The position numbers and the translations under genes were made by a program. 64,000 nucleotides of DNA from Octopus vulgaris (lineage: Eukaryota), in contig OX597814.1 of the NCBI GenBank assembly GCA_951406725.2, positions 141,608,001 to 141,672,000 on the forward strand, given 5' to 3'. Shown piece by piece: positions 43,733 through 54,360 of the stretch. Within the stretch, counting starts at the first letter, position 1. Each line of letters starts with the position of its first letter. The notes beneath the pieces are model-generated. The model searched no databases. It saw nothing but the letters and a program-made list of their open reading frames with translations, and was not told the DNA's origin.

Positions 43733-44519
43733 CTGTTGTAAAGAACGATAACTCTTACAAACTTATTCAGTGAAGGAATCATTATATGGTCGTTCCTTCT
43801 GCTAGAAATACCAACCAACTCTTCCTTGAATCACACACTTCCAGTTTGAAAAAAAGGGCAGGGTCAAGAACACATTGTACAATGCATTCTTAGAAGAATA
43901 ATACAGGATGGTCCAAGTTAAAACGCCTTTGGTAATTGAACTACTAGATTAGGGTTGACCTGCAACTGATAAAAAAACAACAGCCTAAGGACAAATGGAC
44001 TCTGTAGAGTTAAGACATTCTCGCCACTCTATATGAAAATTTTGTGTCCAGTGGTACACCATGGCCTCATCGGGTTTAGGTTTCGTCACCACATTTGTTT
44101 ATTTATCTTATCTCATATTGTAATTAGTGAGCAATAGTGTCGTTGATTTCAGGTGTCCAACAGAGCATCACTGATTCACTGCATTTTTGTGGTGAGACCG
44201 ACAAAGATGCATGTGTAACTTGTTGCTGAACAAATATCGTAAGGGTATTTGTTCGAAAAATATCTACTTTTCGTTTATCTCGACGATATTTGCATGCATA
44301 CATACATACATGCATACATACATACATACATACATACATACATACATACATACATACACACACATACATACATACATACATACATACATACATACATACA
44401 TACATACATACATACATACATACATACATACACACATACATACACACATACACACATACACACATACATTCATACATACATAATTCATACATACATACAT
44501 ACATACATACATGCAATGC

Positions 44520-45290
44520 TACAAGTATCTTGGCATTGATGAAAATATATCATGCCAAGGTACTGAAAATAAAAATAAAGTGACCTAAGAATATTACACC
44601 AGACTACGAAAAATATGGCAGTCCGAACTCTCCCCTTGCAATACGACAATATCCCACAATACATTTGCAGTACCAATGCTGATTCCGACATTTGGGATAC
44701 TTGATTGGTCTGTAGAAGAAATCCACTTCAAAGACATTAAAACTCGCCACGAAAATAGCGGCTCTACCTAAAAAGTGATAAAGGAGGTAGGGGCTTGTGA
44801 TCAGTGCAGACATCTTTCGAATGTCGTATAGTTTCTCTCAGACAACATTTGCTAAAGAACAGCAGCAAAGATAAATACATTAACTTAGTGTTGAAAAGTG
44901 AAGCAAACAATATCCTATGTGTTTGGAAGTGAGCTCCTCAAGAAGTACTCTCTTCTTGGTGCCCCCCCCCCTACAACCCCAAATCAGCTGGACAAGCATA
45001 CTTCCAAGACAGCATGGAACTGAAACGCTCATAGCAAAGATGACCATGCATAGGTATGTTTCTCGTAGACTTGAAGAAGATACGTTGACATGAAGCGAAG
45101 ACTCTTTTGGACTCGTGATCGCTATATGACATTACACTTCGAAGGCGATGGATTTGCAATCCAAGAACAGGAGATTACTACTAAATTCCTAATCAACAAA
45201 AGAGACAGTGAAGTCTGTGGAGTTCCAAAATGCAACCGTAATGCAGATTATGTCATATTTCTTGGGAAGACATCATACATCTGATTAGCA
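44520..45290 (+). mobile_element. Decayed R4/Dong RT-thumb fragment
   Basis: YKYLGIDEN...EYYTRLRKIWQSELS...NTFAVPMLIPTFGILDW...GGRGL...FAIQEQEITTK. Confidence 0.8.
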
Positions 45291-45334
45291 ACGGCTCCAA
45301 AATGTTGCGTAGGAAGGTATACCTTCCTATCAAC

Positions 45335-45934
45335 ATTAAGTCGCAAAACCAATATATGATGCCATTCAGAAAAAAGACTGTCCTGGAATAAAAATAGAGA
45401 ATCTTAAGTCGCAAAACCAATATATAATGCCGTTCAGAAAAAAGACTGTAGATGTGGAAAGGAGAATTTCCAAGTGGAATGGATTAGTAAGGGTGAAGCT
45501 GCCCAGGGAGGATTTCAAGAAGGAGGAAGGGTGTGTACTACTGAATGTCGATAGATACGACAAGTTCAGAAAATCATATGCAAGGTATATTACTTCATTT
45601 GACGGGCCGGTGTGGTTTGATGCCCCACCACTCGTAATTGAACTTATAGAGTTGAAAACTTTTTTTAAAATATGAACATTATAAAAAAAATGAAGATATA
45701 GGCGCAAGAGTGGCTTATAGGCGCAGGAGTGGCTGTGTGGTAAGTAGCTTGCTAACCAACCACATGGTTCCGGGTTCAGTCCTACTACGAGGCACCTTGG
45801 GCGAGTGTGTTCTGCTATAGCCTCGGACCGACCAAAACCTTATGAGTTGATTTGGTAGATGGAAACTGAAAGAAGCCCGTCGTATATATATATATATATA
45901 TGTACGTGTTTGTGTGTGCATGTGTGTGTGTGTT

Positions 45935-45967
<33 letters not shown>

Positions 45968-46412
45968 GTTTGTCCCCCACCATCGCTTGACAACCGATGC
46001 TGGTGTGTTTACATCCCCGCAACTTAGCGGTTCGGCAAAAGAAACTGATAGAATAAGTACTAGGCTTACAAAGAATAAGTCCTAGGGTAGATTTCTTTGA
46101 CTAAAGGCGGTGCTCCAGCATGGCAGCAGTCAAATGACTGAAACAAGTAAAAGAATATGAACTTTTTAAATTATAAAAAAAAGAGTAAAAAAAAACATCC
46201 AAAATAACGTCTAAATGTAACCACTCGACTTCGGGTGTCGAGTGGACATTGTGCCTCATTTTATCATTTTCATATTTTCATATTTTCATTCTTTTTATTT
46301 TTTCTTCCTCACTCGATTTCTTTCTGTATTTTTATTTCCCCTGTTGTGCGTTTTATATTGTTTTTGTAATGTATAACCTCTATTTTTAGCTCTTTGTGGG
46401 TAATAATTATTT
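45335..46412 (+). mobile_element. ORF1-only Tx1-like element, copy A (5'-truncated, interrupted by a SINE)
   Basis: VDVERRISKWNGLVRVKLPREDF matches 47240-47400; 3' UTR 46160-46412 matches 47460-47726. Confidence 0.7.
45700..46155 (+). mobile_element. SINE family A with duplicated 5' 19-mer
   Basis: TATAGGCGCAAGAGTGGCT-TATAGGCGCAGGAGTGGCT followed by a full body. Confidence 0.9.
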
Positions 46413-46429
46413 AAGGACGTTGGTGTTGC

Positions 46430-47726
46430 AGACTAACAACTTGTTTGTTTGAGTTCTGAGTTTCGTCATTCTTGACCACGGTTTTGGATTGTTGTTGCAT
46501 GTTTTCTCTTCGAGACTGTGACGCTCTTGCCCACATACAGGGGCAGGCGAAGTGTACGCATTCGCATTGGAAGTGTGCTACCAGAAATAAAGCCAGCGTA
46601 GTTGATAGCAGCTGTTATGGCTACCGCCGCGGAGAATCCCGAAATAGTATCAGTGGGAAAAATCAAGTTGAACTGTTGGGGGTACGGCGTCGGGATGTGG
46701 CTTTTTGCCACTTTGAAGGACATCGAAAGAGTCTTCTACCAGATAGAAATTCCGGGAGAGAATTCCCTCAAAGTGATTGTTGAAGGACGAAGACCAAATT
46801 ACTATGAGTGTGGAACAAGGGGCCACATGAAGACGCAGTGCTCCAGGCATAAGCCTCCTCAAAGTGTGAAGGCTGTGGAGAGGGACCAAGAAGCAGTTGA
46901 AACCAAAGTACCAAGTGACTCAATAACGGACGGAGACAGCAAAAGTGATATGGAGTGCGCCAGGGATACGGAAGAGGTGGAGTCAAAGAAAGGCAAAACG
47001 AAAGCGAAAAGTGAGGGGAGTGACGGGTTTGTCAGACCCAAAAGGAAGGAAAAGGTGACAACAAAGGAACACTCTGAAAGACTAGCAACAGAACCAGATA
47101 AGATACCCAAAGAAGGTAAGGAACCGCCTATATTTAAACACATTGAGACGATTGAAACAGAACCAAAGGATCGGGAATGAGTAGAGGGACTGAAGAGCAG
47201 GTTTTGAAAAATTATGCATTTGTAGTTTACTAGGGTAAGAATGTGGACGTGGAAAAAAGGATTTCCAAGTGGAAGGGTTTAATAAGGGTGAAACTACCCA
47301 GGGAGGATTTCACGGATGGACAAAAGTGTGTATTATTGAACGAAGATAGATACAACACGTTTATAAAAACATATGCAAAGTATATATTTTCAATTGGGGT
47401 TTGATACCCTACCACCCATAATTCAGCATAAAGACTTGGAAAGTTTTAAAATATTGTAAAATATGAACATTTAAAAATGATGATGTGAACTTGTAAAAGA
47501 AAAAAAAACTGTTCAAAAAATAGTGTCTAAATGTAACCACTCGACTTCGATGGTCGAGTGGACATTGCGCCTCATTTTATCATTTTCAAATTTTCATTCA
47601 TTCCGTTTTATTTTTTCTTCTTCACTCGATTTCTTTCTGTATTTTTATTTCCCCGATTATGTGTCCTGTATTGTTTTGTAATGTCCCATATATATTTGGC
47701 CCCTTGTGAGTAATAAAAAAAAAATC
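46430..47726 (+). mobile_element. ORF1-only (HAL1-like) Tx1 derivative, copy B
   Basis: Gag-like frame with RRM-like strand and zinc knuckle VIVEGRRPNYYECGTRGHMKTQC. No RT. A-rich tail. 16-bp direct repeat AGGACGTTGGTGTTGC at 46414-46429 and 47727-47742. Confidence 0.75.
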
Positions 47727-47835
47727 AGGACGTTGGTGTTGCCTTGGCGCAGGTTTGCGCTCTCAGAGAGCTCTTCTTAGAAATATGGATCAAGCTTGAT
47801 TCTATGGTTTAACCTCTTTATGTTTTCATGTTTTA

Positions 47836-48175
47836 TCTTTTACTTGTTTCAGTCATTGTTCTGCTGCTAAGCTGGGTCACCGCTTTGAATGGTTTCAGTT
47901 GAACATATCGAGTCCAATGCTTATTTTAAAGTCTAGTACTTAATATCGGTCTCAGCTGCCGAACCTAGTGGTTACACAGACGAAGAGAAACCAACACCGG
48001 ATGTCAAGCAGGATGAATGGACAAACACACACACGCACGCACACGTACACGCACACACATACGCACACATATATACTACGAGCTTCCACACAGTTTCTGC
48101 TTACCAAATTCATTCACAAGTCTTTGGTCGGTTCGAGGCTAAAGTAAAAGTCAATTGTCCAATGTGCCACACTGT
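47836..48175 (-). mobile_element. SINE family A, old copy
   Basis: Diverged tail and core. Confidence 0.7.
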
Positions 48176-49263
48176 ACGAGTGTGCTTTATCTCTTAATAT
48201 AAATCTCTGGTAATGTTTCTGATAGCAGAAATGCTTCATTCGTGAAAGAGATAATGAAAAATTAATGAAAAGGCACATTTTATTTACTTCCATCAGCAAA
48301 TGTTAAAACAAACCATAATGTTGTGTCATGGATTGATAATATGCCATCATATCTTGACGGTTTTATCGGGTAGAGGTTATAAAGCGTCCGATAGAATGAC
48401 ATGCAGTATTTGTTCCAGTTGTCTACTGTTTCAGTTCAAATCATGCTGAGGTCAACCTTACTTTTCATCCTTTTGGGATCAATAAATAAATAATCAGCCC
48501 AGAACGATGGATGGGTGTGGAATTGTTAGATAGTCGGACGAGGACGAGACACATTGCGTTATCTGTAGCCACATTTTGCAAGTTGACTGCAACGACGCTC
48601 CGATGAGGACGGTGCCAAGCTGTACCGGCCGTTTGTCTTTTATTAGAACAATATCGGTGGCACAGAGAGCGGGGGTTGTATGCATGGGCAGCTATTAGCC
48701 TTCTTTCGAAAGAACTTCGCACATTGGAGAGGAACCTCCCAGTTGCAAATCCATAGTATCACAAACCATGTACCTTGCCTCGGGGCTTCAACTCCTGTTG
48801 TCGTGCTCCGTTGTGACAGGCGATGTTTCTTGCTCACATTTTCGATCTTGTGTAGCCCATCCGCTCCAAGTCTGATAACATCCGATTTCTTCCAGAAAGA
48901 GAGAAATTGACATATACATTAGAAGAGAGAAAGGGATGGGGAAATTGATTCCACTTCCGCTACATTACTTGCCGACCTATAAAAAATGAAAAGTAAAATC
49001 GACCTTCGTAGAATTTAAACCTAGAAAATAGGAGTGCATTATGTAAGAGAATCTATCCGACGACTTTAACAACTCATCCACTCTGTCATATTATATAACT
49101 CAGGTACAAGATTCGAATTTTTAACAAACCTTTCATAATAAACATGTCTTTTTTTTCTTTCTAGAATATGTGGCGAAACCAGATGACAAAATGTTTTGTG
49201 GTACATTAAGGTGTGACTCTGTAATCTGAGTTTCAGTTCTGCTGAGGTCGACTTTGCATTTTC

Positions 49264-49468
49264 TCCTCAGAAGGCTGGGTCGGGTGTGTACAAGTACCAA
49301 CAGTGTGTTTGATTTAATCAACAATACTCCTCGAAGGATGGGTCGGTATTGTACAATAAGAACCAGCAGTGCGTTTGATTTAATCAACAATACTCCTCGA
49401 AGGATGGGTAGGGTTTGTACATTAAGAAGTAGTAGTGCTTTTGATTTAGTCAACAATATTCCTCGATT
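49264..49468 (+). repeat. Minisatellite of three ~65-bp units
   Basis: CTCCTCGAAGGATGGGT...TTTGATTTAATCAACAATA x3. Confidence 0.85.
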
Positions 49469-49526
49469 AACATCTATGAGAAGAAATCAATAAACATATT
49501 TTATGTGACATTACTGTTACCATATC

Positions 49527-49745
49527 CTTTTCTACTCTAGGCACAAGGCCCGAAATTTTGAGGGAGGGAACCAATCGATTAGATCGACTTCAGTACGCAA
49601 CTGGTAATTGATTTATCGATCCCGAAAGAATGAACGGCAAAGTCGACCTCGGCGGAATTTGAACTCAGATCGTAAAGAAAGACGCAATATCGCTAAGCAT
49701 TTCGCCCGGCACGGCATGCTAACGTTTCTGCCAGCTCGCCGCTTT
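49527..49745 (-). mobile_element. SINE family B, full length with 17-bp TSD
   Basis: Head GGCGAGCTGGCAGAAACGTTAGCA, B box GAGTTCAAATTCC; TSD ATTACTGTTACCATATC at 49510-49526 and 49746-49762. Confidence 0.9.
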
Positions 49746-49916
49746 ATTACTGTTACCATATCATAATATTGATTATGTTAAATAACCTTGATTTCCATAT
49801 GATTACAGGTAGGTTCACCGCCATCAATTCGCCGCAGAGAAGTTCATCACCATCAATTCACCGTGAGGTAAGTTCACCGTGAAGAAGGTTTACCAAGAAA
49901 ATATATTCATAGTATC

Positions 49917-50494
49917 GTGAAATATATTTGCCACTTAAATGTGGCTAACCCTTAAGGGAGGATGTTACTATAGCTTGTAGCCCCAGGAAAACATCTCCTC
50001 TAGCTGGCTATTGACACACTTTCTGTGCCCTATCAGTATTTGCAAAAGGAAGTCATCGTTCCCATCTCCAGCCTGACGTGATACACACGGACCTGAGTTT
50101 CTGGGTATTGACTCGTCATCAGTATACCTCGCTCAGAGATTTATTATTACTTATTTCCACTTTTTCGAGATCAGAAACTTTACGTCATTGAAAAAAGTAT
50201 ATATATTTGCATTGAGAACCCATCGACAACCGGTGGTTGTTACACGCTGATGACAGGTCAATACCTAGAAACTCGGGTCCATGTGTATCACGTTAGGCTG
50301 GCGATGGGAACGATGACTTTCCTTTGCAAATACTGATAGGGCACAGATAGTGTGTCAATAGCCAACTGGAGAAGATGTCTTCCTGGGTCTACAAGCTACA
50401 GTAGCATTAACCCTTAAGGGTTAGCCACATTTAAGTGGCAAATATACTTCAAGATGTCGTGCGGCTACTGTTTATACATCGCTCAGAAATTTAT
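49917..50494 (+). mobile_element. Non-coding hammerhead retroelement (retrozyme/pLTR-like) with inverted partial copy and 15-bp TSD
   Basis: TSD TATATTCATAGTATC at 49902-49916 and 50495-50509. Inverted arms about 49918-50122 / 50247-50451. 25-nt direct repeat at 50123 and 50473. Confidence 0.85.
50241..50287 (+). ncRNA. Type I hammerhead motif (GUC site); second copy on the minus strand at 50084-50122
   Basis: TACACG-CTGATGA-C-AGGT(caat)ACCT-A-GAAAC-TCGG-GTC-CATGTGTA; the inverted copy reads GTC-CGTGTG. Confidence 0.82.
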
Positions 50495-51075
50495 TATATT
50501 CATAGTATCTCACCATTAATAGTTTAAAACTATTTTATTGAAAAAAAAAGATGAATTGATGACGGTGAACTTCCCTGCGATGAATTGATGACGGTGAACT
50601 TACCGGACATACTTCCGTATAAAGCTAGATTTTCTTAAATGGGTATGTTTTTTAACGTATTCACTCCACAGCAAAACTTGTTTCGTAGACATAGAAAAAC
50701 TAGAGAATTTGATCTCAGTAAGTAAATTATGTACCTGAACGAGGAAACCCATTTTATCTGGTTCGGTACCGTTTCTGCCATTTCACTATCTTAATGAAAT
50801 AAATTGCATGCGTCTGTGTATCCTTTAACTTTTTACTAATGGCACTCAACATGTATAACTTCTTTCTAATTAATCCCCCACTCTCAATAAAACCCCCAAA
50901 AAAACACGCTAATGAGTAGAGTTGCAATTGTGAGGTTAACAACTTCGTTTCTCAATCAGGTTGTTGGACATTCGTTTTCATTGTGCAACGCCTTGAGCAA
51001 CTGCAAGTGTCTTCAAGGAAAGCCTCGAGTTCATTTCAGTGACTAGTCTTAGGTTCACGGAGGCTGAACAGAAAC

Positions 51076-51107
<32 letters not shown>

Positions 51108-51632
51108 ATGCGTGCGCGTATAACTGCTGAAACTGTAGCTACTACTTATGACCCGGCAACCATCACATAGAAACCAGCTTCCAGTACTATGTGAATTTTA
51201 TGATAAAAAACATGTGAACGCCCAGAACTGATATCATGAAAATTTAATTTTATTTATTTCAAGTTATTTTCCCTTCTTTGATAGCATGACTGAATCGTTT
51301 GGTAAAACAAATGAAACCGGTAGCATATTTTGATAAAAGTATATACATTTTATTTCTTTTGTCCATGATAAATTTCTCAAAAGATTCTCTTGTTGCTTTT
51401 AATATACGCGTGTGATGTGTGTGCTCGTGTATATATATGTGCGCACATCATGTGTGTGTGTGTGTGTCTACATATATATGTGTACACGTATAGAAAATTC
51501 TCAAAACATAATCAAGCACAGATCTAATAATTACCTACAAAAGCTATAAAATTCATTATACCGATAATCAATACAAATAGAAAAGAATAACAGAATAGAT
51601 AAACAAGTAACAAAGGGTATCTTATAAAAACT

Positions 51633-51665
<33 letters not shown>

Positions 51666-51739
51666 GGAGAGAAAATTTGGTTTCAGCTACAAAAACCCTT
51701 TAAGACGACTTGTGAGTGTGTGTGTGTGTGTTTATACAT

Positions 51740-52120
51740 ACATCGTTGAAATTTACAGAAAAACAAAAGACGAAGACAGGTGTATAAACAACAAGCAGAT
51801 GTATTAGTTTGACGCTCGGAAAGGTGAGAAAGTCTTTTACGTTTCGAGCCTACGCTCTTCAACCGAAAGGAACACGAGCATATATATATTATATATATAT
51901 ATATATATAGTCAATTCAAATAAACATTCAATTCAACAATTCAATAAAACAAATAAAAACGGACAAAATGAGGAAGTGCATAAGAAATGTATTAGCTTTA
52001 CGCTCGGTGAAAAGAGAAAGAGTTTGAGGTTTCGAGCATGGCTCTTCGTCGGAAAGGAGAAAGGGGAAAAGTCCAGAGAAGGAAAATAAATCGCCAACAG
52101 TACACGTGTAGTTATAGTGC
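51740..52120 (-). mobile_element. Two adjacent pLTR-like elements with variant hammerhead cores
   Basis: CGGTTGA-AGAG(cgtagg)CTC-GAAAC-GTA (51838-51865) and CCGACGA-AGAG(ccatg)CTC-GAAAC (52029-52052), separated by a TA run. Confidence 0.6.
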
Positions 52121-53344
52121 TGAATATATATACTCCTGCAAAGGATACCTACCAGTTCCATTGAATAAATCAGCAACATGAAGACTCCAGAATTAGTTGT
52201 GTAAACCTTTGACCGTTCAGATAAACTTGTTTTATTTACTTAGAAACAAACAGGAAATTATGTTGGTCATTTGTTCTACCTCATTCTTTGTACTTGGTAT
52301 AAGTATTCTTTTATGGGTATAATTGCAAGAGATACATTTCCCAAAACACGGAATCACTATGATAACATTACTTTCTTACTTGGATGCTAGCTAATGACAA
52401 GAGTTATTATTTTTGTTAATTTTTGTCACCAGTCAGCTGTGATCCAACAGCTCTAGGATCAAAGGCTTTTCACCTGTTGTCCTCCTGGCCTATTTTTCGA
52501 CATAGTATATTTAGGACTACATTAATTAATACGTTGCTCCTAGTTTAAATCAGCACGGTGTAATTTAGGGATGACTAGTCATTGTTCAGCGTGAGAGATT
52601 TGGCAGGACAAAAGCGGCTACGTAGGTACTCCTTCACTGGTTTGACAGCTGATGGTGATGTTACTCCTGTTTTTGCTGTTGTTTGACTCCAGATCAAACC
52701 TAATCAAGCAAATCTATGGCCAGGGATATTTCAGCTATGACTATCCTGTATTATATTTTTTGTATACATGGACCCACGGAACATATCATCTAAGACGCCG
52801 AAGTGTTGCCTGAGTAAAATTTGGCTGCTGTTTCTAGCAGCTCGAACAACCACGTAGAAGTGCCCTTATTGAACCAACATTTAGATGTAATAAACTTTGG
52901 TCAAATTTTCACAAATCTTATTAAATAGCTTCCTTTGCACCTTCAGTGAAAGCTGCCGATAAACTTTCTTCATGATAACGTACAACACTAAATTAAATCA
53001 GAGGATTGACGTGGATAAAATATTGTTTATTTCTGAAGCAAATCTATTCCAAGATTAACCATTTCATGGCTATATTTCTATTGAGAGGTATAATTCATAG
53101 ACTTTGATAGATTTAGAAATAGAACAGGGGTGAAATTAGGATATTCAGCGACCAAGACTAGCTTTACAATATGCGATCCCCTTTCCAACTACCGTCTATT
53201 CCTCTTTTATCCAGCCTTAGATTGTGCACTCATTTTAACAATTTTTTTCTACAACTTCTTCACCTTTTTTTTTCACACAAACTGAAAAATAAAGTTGAAA
53301 AATTATAATTAACTTGTGCGCAAGAAATCTATAACATTTTGGTT

Positions 53345-53720
53345 TCAGATTTTGGCACAAGTTTTTCAATTTCGGGCGAGAATTAGGACGATTACATCGA
53401 CCTCAGTGTTCCACAGTTACTTATTTCATTGACCCTGAAATTTTAAAGGCAAAGTTGACCTCGGCGGAATTTGAACTCAGAATGTTAAAGACGCTGCCAG
53501 CTCGCCACCTTAATTTTATAATATTGGCTTCAAATTTTGGCACAAGGCTAGCAAGTTCGGAGGGGAGAATATGTCAACTACATCGACCCCAGTGCTCGAC
53601 TGGTCCTTATTTTATTGACCCTGAAAGGATGAAAGGCAAAGTCGACCTCGGTAGAATTTGAACTCAGAACGTTAAGGACGAATAAAACCATGCTAAGGAT
53701 TTTGCCGGGCGTGCTAACTG
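53345..53720 (-). mobile_element. Two tandem diverged SINE family B copies
   Basis: Repeated AAAGGCAAAGTCGACCTCGGCGGAATTTGAACTCAGAA-like motif. Confidence 0.8.
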
Positions 53721-53974
53721 GCAAAACCCTTAACATGTTGGACACAATGCTTAACAGCATATCTTCTGGATCTTTACATTCGGAATGTAAAGAGGGTCGA
53801 TGTAATCTACTATCGCATCCCGTAAAATAGCTCGCCTTGTGCCAACATATGAAACCATTATCAAACGTATCAGTCAAAATCGTTAATGATTCACGCCACA
53901 TCACGTGCTTGGTCACTACACCTTCCAATCTTCCATCTATCTTCCATCTTCCACTGTTCAGGGAGTAATCGCTA

Positions 53975-54360
53975 TTTTCTACACAAAGCATAAGGCCCGA
54001 AATTTTGGGGGAGGAGTCCAGTCGATAAGATCGACTCCAGTACGCAACTGGTACTTAATTTATCGATCCCGAAGGGATAAAAGGCAAAGTCGACATCGGC
54101 GGAATTTAAACTCAGAACGTAGCGGCAGACGAAATACCTATTTCTTTACTACCCACAAGGGGCTAAACACAGAGAGGACAAACATACGGATTAAGTCGAT
54201 TATATCGACCTCAGTGTGTAACCGGTACTTATTTAATCGACCCCGAAAGGATGAAAGGCAAAGTCGACCTCGGCGGAATTTGAACTAAGAACGTAACGAC
54301 AAACGAAATACCTCTATGCATTTCGCCCGGCGTGCTAACGTTTCTGCCTGCTTGCCGCCT
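53975..54360 (-). mobile_element. Composite SINE B dimer with internal Tx1-type tail
   Basis: 54020-54139 duplicates 54195-54313. 54140-54190 reads GTTTAGCCCCTTGTGGGTAGTAAAGAAA on the minus strand. Confidence 0.8.

Larger units (their letters stand above)
49808..50605. mobile_element. MITE with internally repeated TIRs, hosting a nested hammerhead element
   Basis: GGTAGGTTCACCGCCATCAATTCGCCGCAG / CTGCGATGAATTGATGACGGTGAACTTACC. Confidence 0.75.

Noticed and set aside
49264-49468. CRISPR-like repeated units
   Set aside because: The intervening parts are homologous to each other rather than unique spacers; eukaryotic context and no cas genes.
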